Source: a virus
Strand: one strand, 5' to 3'
IMG/VR virus record: IMGVR_UViG_3300029319_007985
Span: 32,001 to 96,000 of that record
Length of the DNA stretch: 64,000 nt
In this document: in pieces, positions 39,221 to 48,311 of the stretch
Position numbering within the stretch: position 1 is the first letter of the stretch
Layout of the letters: each line of letters starts with the position of its first letter
The notes under the pieces: model-generated
What the model was told of the DNA's origin: nothing
The model's input: only the letters and a program-made list of their open reading frames with translations
Databases searched by the model: none
Program-made: the position numbers and the translations under genes

Positions 39221-39453
39221 AGTCAAAACACAAAAAAGCAATAATGTGTTTGGTAGACACAACAGAAGCAATACTAAATGTTTTCCAAAAACATAAGATT
39301 AATCCTGATAAAGTTGCTGAACATTATGAATTCAAGGTTTTGGTTCATTTACTGAAAACAATAATTGATGGACAGTCTGGTATACCAAATTCATTACACG
39401 AAAAATTGAAAGATTTAGATCTTGACAAAACACCTAGTCATACAGTACACTAA
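39217..39453 (+). CDS. hypothetical protein
   Basis: Coupled ORF. Confidence 0.55.
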   Translation: MKSKHKKAIMCLVDTTEAILNVFQKHKINPDKVAEHYEFKVLVHLLKTIIDGQSGIPNSLHEKLKDLDLDKTPSHTVH

Positions 39454-39457
39454 CACT

Positions 39458-39502
39458 AGAGGACTTTAAGACAATCATCCCTCTTTAAACATTCTGCTTG
39501 TC
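39458..39502 (+). ncRNA. candidate preQ1-I-like H-type pseudoknot leader of queD
   Basis: AGAGG(39458-62)/CCTCT(39480-84) stem; loop GACAA(39470-74) pairs with TTGTC(39498-502); RBS AAGGAG at 39507. Confidence 0.5.
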
Positions 39503-39518
39503 ATCAAAGGAGAAAAAG

Positions 39519-39962
39519 ATGGCATACTATTCAAGTAAAACATATGATCACAATGAAGGACTAAGTTGCGCTTTCAGGCAGTGGAAAGCAACACACAGTC
39601 ATTGCCGTTGGATTCATGGATACGCACTTGCAGTAAAGTTGACTTTCGGTTCCCACAAACTTGACGATAGAAATTGGGTGCAGGATTTTGGAGGCTTAAA
39701 AGACATCAAGTTATGGTTGAAACAAATGTTTGATCATACTTTATGTATTGCTGAAGATGATCCGGAACTGGACAAATTCAAAGAATTACATGCAAAAGAT
39801 TTATGTGACTTAAGAATTGTTCCTGCTGTAGGTTGCGAAAAATTTGCTGAACTGATCTACAATCACGTAAGTAAGATTGTAAACAACGACAGAATATGGT
39901 TAGAATCTGTCGAAGTCAAAGAGCACAGCGGCAATGGAGCAGTATTTAAAAGACAAAATTAA
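39519..39962 (+). CDS. queD: 6-carboxy-5,6,7,8-tetrahydropterin synthase / PTPS family
   Basis: HSHCRWIHGY, WVQDFGGLK, FDH, VGCEKFAE, VEVKEH; start ATG 39519 after AAGGAG. Confidence 0.85.
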   Translation: MAYYSSKTYDHNEGLSCAFRQWKATHSHCRWIHGYALAVKLTFGSHKLDDRNWVQDFGGLKDIKLWLKQMFDHTLCIAEDDPELDKFKELHAKDLCDLRIVPAVGCEKFAELIYNHVSKIVNNDRIWLESVEVKEHSGNGAVFKRQN

Positions 39963-41082
39963 AGTTACTTTATCTGGAGATAAGGATTTAACCTATACAA
40001 TAAAATTGTATGATAATGATTTTGTTGTTAGATGGTTGAAACATTTCAAAGAAATACTGAGAAATAATTTAATACTTGAAAAAAATTATTGCTTTTTAGG
40101 ATTTGCAGACTCAAAAAGAGATTTGAAATATCTTTGTAACGAGTTAAATTCTGCCGTCAAACAAATAAATGATTTCAATCAAACTAAACAATGGCAAAAT
40201 GCAGGATTGGCATCATATCATATAAAAAATGTTTTCAGTCCCGAGGACTTTATGCATGATGAAAACCTTCCTGTAGGCAATGCACGTGATGGTGTGACCA
40301 AAGAACAAACACTTGGCTGTAGACTTAAACATGAAGCCTGTAACATTCTGCATAGATATTTTGAAGATCTCCAAGGACAGGCATGGAGCCTTTCTGAATA
40401 TTATTTTAAGGCAGATAATGAAACAAAATATGCAATAAGACAGTTGAACAACCTGTGCCATGAAATAGAAAACTGGGTAAGTGCCTTTAGAAAATCCAAG
40501 TATGAGCCTGAATGGATGCGGCCATCTCAGATAACAACATTTTTACATGCTCCAAGATCTCCTTTAAAAGAAAAAGATTATGTTTTATTTAAAAAAAATA
40601 GATACGATCGAGAACTTGGTGGTGTTTACTTACATTGGTCGCAGGTCGGAAAAACTCTATATGAAGTTTGGCGTGATAACGATGAGGCAGTTGGAGAAGG
40701 TGGAATCAATCACCAGCAGTTGTTTTCAGGTGAATTTGATATTGATTGGGGCCAAACAATAACTGAAAAACTTGATTTCAAAAAAGAAGAAACAAGAGAA
40801 TTTAAAAGTTGGCTTGAGAAAAATGGATTTGATTGGGAAGATGATAAACTAGCCTTGGGTTACATCAAATTAGGACAAGTGGATCTTGAATCATCCTTTG
40901 GTACCACAAATTTTTTAGAGGTGCATAGCAAAATGATAGACTGCTTAAATATTAGTAAAATAGAATTGATTGGATCGGAAAATGTTACTGCAAAATACAA
41001 TTACAGTTTGTCTGACCCAGATTGGAAAAAATTACAGATAGGTGAACTTAAAAAAGGATATGAATCACATAGTTTGCGTTAA
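39934..41082 (+). CDS. hypothetical phage protein
   Basis: 382-aa in-operon ORF. Confidence 0.65.
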   Translation: MEQYLKDKIKVTLSGDKDLTYTIKLYDNDFVVRWLKHFKEILRNNLILEKNYCFLGFADSKRDLKYLCNELNSAVKQINDFNQTKQWQNAGLASYHIKNVFSPEDFMHDENLPVGNARDGVTKEQTLGCRLKHEACNILHRYFEDLQGQAWSLSEYYFKADNETKYAIRQLNNLCHEIENWVSAFRKSKYEPEWMRPSQITTFLHAPRSPLKEKDYVLFKKNRYDRELGGVYLHWSQVGKTLYEVWRDNDEAVGEGGINHQQLFSGEFDIDWGQTITEKLDFKKEETREFKSWLEKNGFDWEDDKLALGYIKLGQVDLESSFGTTNFLEVHSKMIDCLNISKIELIGSENVTAKYNYSLSDPDWKKLQIGELKKGYESHSLR

Positions 41083-41755
41083 ATGGGGCAACAAGTACAT
41101 TAGTCAGTATGTCAATGTTCTTAAGAGTATGATCACTAGGCACACTACAGTGCCTTTCCAATTTCATTGTTTTACAGAAGATAAGAAGGGACTAGATGCT
41201 GACATCAACATCATTCCTTTTCCAAATGGTACACACATTAAAAGTTGGTGGAGCAAACTTGCCATGTTCCAGAACGACATTGGCATAAAAGGAACGATAT
41301 TATACTTGGACCTTGATGTTATTGTTTTTAGAAATATTGATGAATTGTTTTCTTATAATCCAGGAAAATTCATGATCATTAGAGATTTCAACAGATGTAG
41401 AGTGGCGGACTGGCGGCAAAGCAATTCAAGTATCATGCGTTGGGAAACAGGCACAATGAATTATCTATGGAATAATTTTAATGCTAACCCTAATAAAGCA
41501 ATAGGAAGAATGCATGGAGATCAAGACTGGATAATGAAAGAGGCAACCAAGGATATTAACCATTGGCCTGATGAATGGATACGTTCATACAAATGGGAAA
41601 TGATGGGTCGCAAAGACACAAAGTTAAGAAGAGGAACCAAATACATTTTCGAACATCCACCAAAAATTGAAGATAATACCAAAATAGCGGTGTTTCATGG
41701 CGAACCAAAACCATTCAACTGCGGTGATCAATTTGTAATTGACAATTGGAAGTAA
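41060..41755 (+). CDS. GT-A fold glycosyltransferase (GT8-like)
   Basis: CVKWGNKY, WWSKL, YLDLDV (DxD), NSSIM, GDQDWI, VFHGEPKP. Confidence 0.82.
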   Translation: MNHIVCVKWGNKYISQYVNVLKSMITRHTTVPFQFHCFTEDKKGLDADINIIPFPNGTHIKSWWSKLAMFQNDIGIKGTILYLDLDVIVFRNIDELFSYNPGKFMIIRDFNRCRVADWRQSNSSIMRWETGTMNYLWNNFNANPNKAIGRMHGDQDWIMKEATKDINHWPDEWIRSYKWEMMGRKDTKLRRGTKYIFEHPPKIEDNTKIAVFHGEPKPFNCGDQFVIDNWK

Positions 41756-41772
41756 TCTGTTAAAATAACAAC

Positions 41773-42819
41773 ATGCGTATAGGTTTTTGCTGTAAATGGC
41801 TTAATGATAGATCTGAGTTTGGTGGAATGAAAGTCAATGCCAAGGATCGCGAATTAAATGGTAGGTCCACCACAATGCGTTGGCTGAGAGAACATCCAAA
41901 TGACGCAGAGCAAAGACAATGGGACATTATGAATCACAATGCGGCCGCGGCCAAAAGAATGGTCGAGCGTGTTGGTAGTCTACCACCTGAACGTAGAATG
42001 GTACGACTAGGATCTGAAATGTTACAAGGCTACACAGAAAAAAATTGGAAGTCCTGGTGGCAACAAAAAGAAATACAAGATCATTGTGCCAAGATATTTG
42101 CGCCAGTTGGTGAGACTGCAAGACGTCTGGACGTCAAAGTAAGTTTTCATCCCGGACAATTTTGTTGTCTGTCTAGTGTAAATCCTGACATAGTAGAAAG
42201 ATCGATAGAAGAATTTGAATACCATGTTGACATGGCCCGTTGGATGGGATATGGAAAGACATGGCATGATGGTTGCAAGGTGAATGTACATATCTCTGGC
42301 AAACATGGGCCGGAAGGACTACTAAAAGTATTTCCAAGGCTATCCAAAGAAGCAAGGAACTTGATCACAATAGAAAATGACGAGATGGGGCATGGACTGG
42401 AAGATACATTACAAGTTGCACATAAGATTGCCTTAGTTTTAGATATTCATCATCACTGGATACGAGCAGAAGAATATATCGATCCAAATGACGACAGAGT
42501 CAAGAAAGTGATAGATAGTTGGCGAGGTGTAAGGCCCACTCTACATTATTCATACAGCAGAGATGAACACCTCAAACCAGCAGGACTAGGTGACAAAATG
42601 CATACAGAAATGCATGATATCAAAATGTTATTAGAAAGAGGATGTAAAAAACAAAAATTACGGGCACACTCTGACCTACTTCCAAATGCAAAAGTAAATG
42701 ACTGGGCATTGAGTTTTGGTGAAAATTTTGATATACAAACAGAGGCCAAAGGTAAGAACATGGCCGCTGAGCAACTGTACGACCAGTGGCTAAATATCAA
42801 TAATGGAGCCAATATCTAA
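41773..42819 (+). CDS. uvsE: UV-damage endonuclease UvsE/UVDE
   Basis: RIGFCC, RLGS, SFHPGQF, IENDE, LDIHHHW, AHSD, EAKGK; promoter TTGACA-16-TAAAAT at 41739-41766. Confidence 0.9.
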   Translation: MRIGFCCKWLNDRSEFGGMKVNAKDRELNGRSTTMRWLREHPNDAEQRQWDIMNHNAAAAKRMVERVGSLPPERRMVRLGSEMLQGYTEKNWKSWWQQKEIQDHCAKIFAPVGETARRLDVKVSFHPGQFCCLSSVNPDIVERSIEEFEYHVDMARWMGYGKTWHDGCKVNVHISGKHGPEGLLKVFPRLSKEARNLITIENDEMGHGLEDTLQVAHKIALVLDIHHHWIRAEEYIDPNDDRVKKVIDSWRGVRPTLHYSYSRDEHLKPAGLGDKMHTEMHDIKMLLERGCKKQKLRAHSDLLPNAKVNDWALSFGENFDIQTEAKGKNMAAEQLYDQWLNINNGANI

Positions 42820-43102
42820 CTCAAAACACGTCGACGGTCTGTACAAAGCAGATGCCAAAAAAAAATTAACCATCTGCGAAGTCCATAGGAAATTATACAA
42901 TAAATTAAAAGGCACAGATCTTATGACCGACGAGGTGAGATATCTATTAGAACAGGGTTTCGTGATAGGAAAGAAAATGCATTATAGGTTGGCCAAGTAC
43001 AAACACAATTGGACGGAAGATGTGTATAAAGAAAACTTAAATGGTGACCATCAAAAAATCACACAAAACCAACCTATCGAATGGAAATGGCTGTCTAAAT
43101 AA
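42803..43102 (+). CDS. hypothetical phage protein
   Basis: TICEVHR...KKMHYRL..YK. Confidence 0.6.
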   Translation: MEPISNSKHVDGLYKADAKKKLTICEVHRKLYNKLKGTDLMTDEVRYLLEQGFVIGKKMHYRLAKYKHNWTEDVYKENLNGDHQKITQNQPIEWKWLSK

Positions 43103-43110
43103 ATATAGAT

Positions 43111-43659
43111 ATGCATTACAGAGAATTTATTGATAAAAGTTGTCCAAGAACAAAAGCAGAAAGTTGTTCTTGTGAAAGCATTAAGACATTGTCTGAACAG
43201 GCGTCTGATATAAAAGCATTTGTAGAACTTCAACACAGCGACAAAGTAAAAGGCACAATACTATTGATGCAGAAGCCTGGAACTCCAACTATGATCAAAG
43301 GAAGGATAGAAGGACTAACACCTGGCGAACATGGATTTCACATACATGAATTTGGCGACATGAGTGATGGATGTAAGTCAATGGGAGGACATTATAATCC
43401 AGACGGAGTTGACCATGGCGATCTAGAACAGGGACACGTTGGTGATCTTGGAAATGTATCCGCTGATGATTCCGGCATAGCAGACTTTACGATTGTGGCC
43501 AAGAGAGTTGACCTTGTTGGCGACAGATCGGTTGTTGGACGGGGTATGGTAATACACAAGGATGAAGACGATCTTGGTCGAGGTGGAGACGCAGAGTCCA
43601 AAAAAACTGGTAACGCTGGTGATCGACTGGCCTGCGGTGTGATTGTAATTAAAGAATAA
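43111..43659 (+). CDS. sodC: Cu/Zn superoxide dismutase, no signal peptide
   Basis: GEHGFHIHEFGD, GGHYNP, HVGDLGN, IHKDEDD, GNAGDRLACG. Confidence 0.95.
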   Translation: MHYREFIDKSCPRTKAESCSCESIKTLSEQASDIKAFVELQHSDKVKGTILLMQKPGTPTMIKGRIEGLTPGEHGFHIHEFGDMSDGCKSMGGHYNPDGVDHGDLEQGHVGDLGNVSADDSGIADFTIVAKRVDLVGDRSVVGRGMVIHKDEDDLGRGGDAESKKTGNAGDRLACGVIVIKE

Positions 43660-43677
43660 ATCAGTTATAATAATTAA

Positions 43678-44517
43678 ATGGAAAACAATTCTTTATTGAG
43701 TTTTGGTTGTAGCCATATGTATGGCTGGGAACACAAAAGCACTGAAAACAATACCAAACCTAGCAAAGATGTCTATACCAATTTACTCGCTGAACATTAT
43801 AAGTTGAAACACTTTAATTTTGCCGAGGGAGGCGCCAGCAATCAAAGTATCGCAAGACAAGTTATATTTGGACTAGATTTCGAAAAAGAAAATAATTTAC
43901 AAAGCACCTATTGGATACAGTGGAGCAACTACGAGAGATTGGAGATTCCTTTTTTAAATTCAAAAAATTTAAGTAAAAATTGGCCTTACGTCCAAGTTTA
44001 TGCAGAACTTCTAAACACAACCAAGCAAAAACCACTGCTGAATTGGGCAGAAGCAATCTATAGAAACGTAGATAAGTTTGCCTGTTTACATTTGAGTCTG
44101 GCCTCAATCATACAAGTCAATAGTCTGCTAAGGCAAAAAAATAAAAAAGTAATAAACACCTTTGCACACACATGGGACCTTGACTGTAAAAAGTCAACAT
44201 ATTACATTAAAGACAACAACCTTAAGAACATGGACACCATGTACACAGATATGATATCAAAAGATAATAGTGATAAAGAGATGGTAGGTTCGTTGCTGTT
44301 AGGAAAAACTGGATCGGACTTTAAGGAATACGATCCTTATACGAAAAAACTTTGGAGTCTAGTTGATTCCTACGATTGGTTTGAATGGGGTGATAATAAC
44401 ATGGGATTCAAGCCATGGAGTGTGCAAAACGGGTACGGAGTCCATCCAGAAGGCCATCCTACTGAGAAAGCACACACTGAAGCATTCAATCTTATAAAAG
44501 AAAGAAAAATTATATAA
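43678..44517 (+). CDS. SGNH/GDSL-like hydrolase
   Basis: FGCSHMYG, N.AEGGASNQSI.R, GHPTEKAH. Confidence 0.65.
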   Translation: MENNSLLSFGCSHMYGWEHKSTENNTKPSKDVYTNLLAEHYKLKHFNFAEGGASNQSIARQVIFGLDFEKENNLQSTYWIQWSNYERLEIPFLNSKNLSKNWPYVQVYAELLNTTKQKPLLNWAEAIYRNVDKFACLHLSLASIIQVNSLLRQKNKKVINTFAHTWDLDCKKSTYYIKDNNLKNMDTMYTDMISKDNSDKEMVGSLLLGKTGSDFKEYDPYTKKLWSLVDSYDWFEWGDNNMGFKPWSVQNGYGVHPEGHPTEKAHTEAFNLIKERKII

Positions 44518-44518
44518 T

Positions 44519-44806
44519 ATGAAACCCAAAACTTTTAAATCATCTGACCTAAGCGGATACGATAAAAAATTCAAGCACAGCATTTATTTGAACAGTGATG
44601 GAGTTGTGGAAGATTACATCGACTGGTGCAGGAAAAATTGTAAAGGCCGTTGGGGATGGTGGTACGAGACCACTAGAGATTGGGACCTGCATTGGGACTC
44701 CAGTGGTAACAAGGCCTTTATGAGTTTCTCGAGAAGAAAAGAGGCCCTAAGTTTTTGGTTCCACAATTGCAAATTAATATATGACACAGATTACGGAAAA
44801 GATTGA
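44519..44806 (+). CDS. hypothetical Trp-rich phage protein
   Basis: In-operon ORF. Confidence 0.6.
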   Translation: MKPKTFKSSDLSGYDKKFKHSIYLNSDGVVEDYIDWCRKNCKGRWGWWYETTRDWDLHWDSSGNKAFMSFSRRKEALSFWFHNCKLIYDTDYGKD

Positions 44807-45191
44807 GTATTGGGGATCTAATCTAAAGTTGTTAGAAGGCTTGGATAGATTCCAGTATATTATTGAACAGGCGAGGATGGCCAAACCAATGAACGAAAAA
44901 TTTAGAATACCTGAATTTCAGATACATGGTTGTGCAAGTAAACTTTGGGTGGTGCCAGAATTGAGGCAAGATCGATTGTTCCTTACTGTTGACAGTGACG
45001 CCTTCATAACTAAAGGGACCGCGGCAATAATTGCTGACATCTTTGATGGACAATCTCGAAGAGAAATAAGTCTTATAACAAAGGAAGACATCAGCAAATT
45101 AGGTATCATTGAAATATTGACTCCACAGAGGCAAAACGGCCTTTCAAACATGATAGGAACAATTCAGCGGTACGCAAAACAGGATAATTAA
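44781..45191 (+). CDS. sufE: SufE sulfur-transfer protein
   Basis: IHGCASKLW, DSDAFITKG, LTPQRQNGL. Confidence 0.92.
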   Translation: MTQITEKIEYWGSNLKLLEGLDRFQYIIEQARMAKPMNEKFRIPEFQIHGCASKLWVVPELRQDRLFLTVDSDAFITKGTAAIIADIFDGQSRREISLITKEDISKLGIIEILTPQRQNGLSNMIGTIQRYAKQDN

Positions 45192-45195
45192 TAAT

Positions 45196-45531
45196 ATGCA
45201 ATGGTTTAAAATCACAGAATCAGCAAAGAGTCAAATTGAAAATTTGCTGTCTAAAAACCCCGAAAAATATGCAGTTAGCCTTTCGGTACTTGGCGGCGGC
45301 TGTGCCGGTTTTAAGTATGACTGGGGATTTGTTGATAAAAAAGATGACATACATAAAGATGATCATTTAGAAGATTGGGGCACAGGAAAATTTGTGGTGG
45401 ACTCACAATCAATGTTGTACGTTGCAGGAACACAGATTGACTGGAAAGAAGAAGTTTTTGGGTCTCAGTTTGAAATATCTAATCCAAACGCCACTTCAGG
45501 TTGTGGGTGCGGAGAAAGTTTTGGAGTTTAG
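45196..45531 (+). CDS. A-type Fe-S carrier (IscA/SufA/ErpA, HesB family)
   Basis: GGGCAGFKY, NPNATSGCGCGESF. Confidence 0.93.
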   Translation: MQWFKITESAKSQIENLLSKNPEKYAVSLSVLGGGCAGFKYDWGFVDKKDDIHKDDHLEDWGTGKFVVDSQSMLYVAGTQIDWKEEVFGSQFEISNPNATSGCGCGESFGV

Positions 45532-45536
45532 TAAAA

Positions 45537-46376
45537 ATGGTCAAACCCGGCAAGCCTAAACCTGATCCAGCAGAAATACAAAGAATTAATAGAGAGACAA
45601 TAAAAGATACTTGTTTCGTGATAGGCAACGGAGAAAGTAGGAACATATTCAAAAATTTAGAAACGTTGAAACACAAGGGTACAATATATGGTTGCAACGC
45701 CATATACCGTGATTGGCCGGACCTGTGTGATAAAATATTTGCGGTCAATCCTCCCATGTATGAAGAAGTCCTAGAAGCCAAAAAAGCAAACAACTACAGT
45801 TTTGAATTGATAGGCAAAGATCAAACAAGCAAGTGGAATTATCTACTTGAAGAGGATAAAGTTAAAAAACAAAAGATGCCAAAAGGTCTACAACTTTATA
45901 GATACTGGATAGGTGGCAACAATAAAACTGGTGTTATGCGAACTTTGGATCTTTCGGAGGCAAAGGGAAGTGGTTGCTCCGCTGTGTTACATGCGGCCGA
46001 ACAAGGATATAAACACATTTTTTGTATAGCATTTGACATGTTAGGCGCTGAACAATATAGAAAGCCTTACACTTTGCAATCAAGAGAACAAAACAATATC
46101 TATAAAAATACTCCTAATTACCCTACAAGAATGAACATGAAGGCCTATCTCAAGTATGAATGGATGTTTCAACTTACCCAGATAGCAAGAAAATTTACTA
46201 ATTCAAACATTTACATGATTAATCGAAAAGAATATTTGAAAGGCAATAATTTACTTCCACACTATATGAAACATAGTAAAAATAATTTTTATGGCGCCCA
46301 TTATGCCGAACTTAAAAAATTTATAGAAGATCCAAGAGACCCAAGAGGATTTTTTAAATTTTCACTAAGACCTTAG
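45537..46376 (+). CDS. GNGxS-motif protein, paralog of 38258..38899
   Basis: VIGNGESR, YGCNAIYRD, IAFD, NIYKNTPNY. Confidence 0.55.
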   Translation: MVKPGKPKPDPAEIQRINRETIKDTCFVIGNGESRNIFKNLETLKHKGTIYGCNAIYRDWPDLCDKIFAVNPPMYEEVLEAKKANNYSFELIGKDQTSKWNYLLEEDKVKKQKMPKGLQLYRYWIGGNNKTGVMRTLDLSEAKGSGCSAVLHAAEQGYKHIFCIAFDMLGAEQYRKPYTLQSREQNNIYKNTPNYPTRMNMKAYLKYEWMFQLTQIARKFTNSNIYMINRKEYLKGNNLLPHYMKHSKNNFYGAHYAELKKFIEDPRDPRGFFKFSLRP

Positions 46377-46655
46377 TTAGATAAACTTTGTAGAACTGGC
46401 ATCTAGTTTATAGATGTTGCGCATTTTTACGCCAACTTTTTGTGCAAACTTTTTAGAATCACAGTTAGGGCATACATGCTTGTAGTCGTTAGTGGCCCTT
46501 TGAGGATCAATCTTTGATCTTGCTCGTAAAAATATTACACCACAGCAGTCGCATTTGAAAACAAATATGGTACTTTTTCGTTTGAAGGAATGGTATATGC
46601 CAAGTTTGCTTTGGCGCTCATAGAGTCGGAGTGTTTTTAGTGTTTCAACGAACAT
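46377..46655 (-). CDS. small zinc-ribbon protein
   Basis: CDCC...CPNC; GGAG RBS; minus-strand TAAATA at 46671-46676. Confidence 0.7.
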   Translation of the reverse strand: MFVETLKTLRLYERQSKLGIYHSFKRKSTIFVFKCDCCGVIFLRARSKIDPQRATNDYKHVCPNCDSKKFAQKVGVKMRNIYKLDASSTKFI

Positions 46656-46717
46656 AATTGCTCCACAAATTATTTAATAAATAGTGTAAAGGATTATACG
46701 AGTAGATATAATAAAAC

Positions 46718-48271
46718 ATGACAAGATTAACAATTGACACCGGCGTTCTAGGCAATCCAGCCACTGGAGATACTCTTAGAACCGCAATGGGCAAAATCAA
46801 CAGCAATTTTATTGAATTATATGATGACGTTGCCGCGAGTGGACTAGGTGGACAACTGACAAACCCAGAAACCAATGGAGATGTTAAAATCCAACCCAAC
46901 GGCACAGGTATTGTTGAAGTTGACCAATTACAGATCACAGATGACGCAATAACTTCATTAGTAACAAACGGCAATGTATCACTATCTGGCAACGGAACAG
47001 GTGGTGTAACCATTGAAGCAATACAAGTCAATGGAACCAGTATTTCGAGTGCAGACTCAACCACAATCAATATAAATGATGCTTTGATCGTTGACGGCAG
47101 TTTTACAGTTACTGGCAATTTGACTGTAACCGGATCATCAGGCATTTCCATAGATGATAACACCATCACATCATCGGCATCAAACGCAAATCTTGAACTG
47201 TCAGCGGCAGGGTCAGGTGAAGTAACAGCAGACACTGATTTTAGGATAAAGTCTGCTACACCTTTCCTTAAGATCCAAAGAACAGATAACGCTAATGTCC
47301 CTGGCATAGATTTCATAGGCCAGGCCGATACATCAGGAGCAAAAATATTATTCGACGGCACAAGCGGAACAGCGAACGAATTGATCTTCCAGACGTTCAC
47401 AGTACCGGCGGGACTTGCTGAAGCATTTAGAGTGCAGGGAGGTGGCGCAAAAGTCACAGGAACTTTGGACATAGACGGTGGCATCAGCATAACGGACAAC
47501 ACAATAACAACATCGGCATCAAACGCCAATCTAGAACTTACAGCATCGGGCACAGGTGCAGTAAAAGTTGAAGCAATTTTATCACTACCCGATGGCAGTG
47601 TTAGTGACAACTATGTAGGAGTTGGTGATGATGATGACCTAAAAATATACCACGATACTAGTTTTGACAACGGTGTAATTGATAATTTAACCGGTCATTT
47701 AGTAATTCGTAACAACACTTCTAATACTACTAAGAATGTTTACATACAATCAGACAATGACGTTTTGATAACGAGTATTGGCGATGAAGAAACTTTTGCA
47801 AAATTTTCTGATGATGCTGGAGTAGAACTTTACTTTGACAATGTCAAAAAGTTTGAAACAACATCTACTGGAGCAACAGTCACAGGCATTTTTAATATAG
47901 GTGATGGCAGTGTTAGTGACAACTATATTGGACTTGGTGCCGCTAATGACTTAAAAATATTCCACAACGGAAGCCATTCAATAATAAGAGAAACAGGAAC
48001 AGGAAGCCTTTACATTCAGAGTGATACCAATGTTATAATCGGTAAGGATAGCAGTTCAGAAACAATGATAAAGGGTGTTGCCGACGGTGCAGTTGAACTT
48101 TATCACGACAATACCAAAAAGTTTGAAACAACATCAGGCGGTGTTTCAGTCACAGGAAACCTTGCGGCAGATGGCTCACAGATAGATTTTACAAGCCTCC
48201 CAACCTCGGACCCAGGAGTGGCAGGCAGACTGTTTAGATCAGGAAACGACGTAAAAATAAGCACAGGTTAG
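46718..48271 (+). CDS. tail fibre / baseplate-attached protein
   Basis: TGDTLRTAMGKINSNFIELY gp9/gp10-like N-terminus; N.N..L...GTG repeats; LPTSDPGVAG C-terminal motif. Confidence 0.8.
   Translation: MTRLTIDTGVLGNPATGDTLRTAMGKINSNFIELYDDVAASGLGGQLTNPETNGDVKIQPNGTGIVEVDQLQITDDAITSLVTNGNVSLSGNGTGGVTIEAIQVNGTSISSADSTTININDALIVDGSFTVTGNLTVTGSSGISIDDNTITSSASNANLELSAAGSGEVTADTDFRIKSATPFLKIQRTDNANVPGIDFIGQADTSGAKILFDGTSGTANELIFQTFTVPAGLAEAFRVQGGGAKVTGTLDIDGGISITDNTITTSASNANLELTASGTGAVKVEAILSLPDGSVSDNYVGVGDDDDLKIYHDTSFDNGVIDNLTGHLVIRNNTSNTTKNVYIQSDNDVLITSIGDEETFAKFSDDAGVELYFDNVKKFETTSTGATVTGIFNIGDGSVSDNYIGLGAANDLKIFHNGSHSIIRETGTGSLYIQSDTNVIIGKDSSSETMIKGVADGAVELYHDNTKKFETTSGGVSVTGNLAADGSQIDFTSLPTSDPGVAGRLFRSGNDVKISTG
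47591..48134 (+). repeat. internal module duplication in tail fibre gene
   Basis: GATGGCAGTGTTAGTGACAACTAT at 47591 and 47903; KKFETTS segment repeated near 47846 and 48117. Confidence 0.75.
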
Positions 48272-48311
48272 TGCTTCTTAAACACAATAAAAATCCAATA
48301 AATACCCGTGC

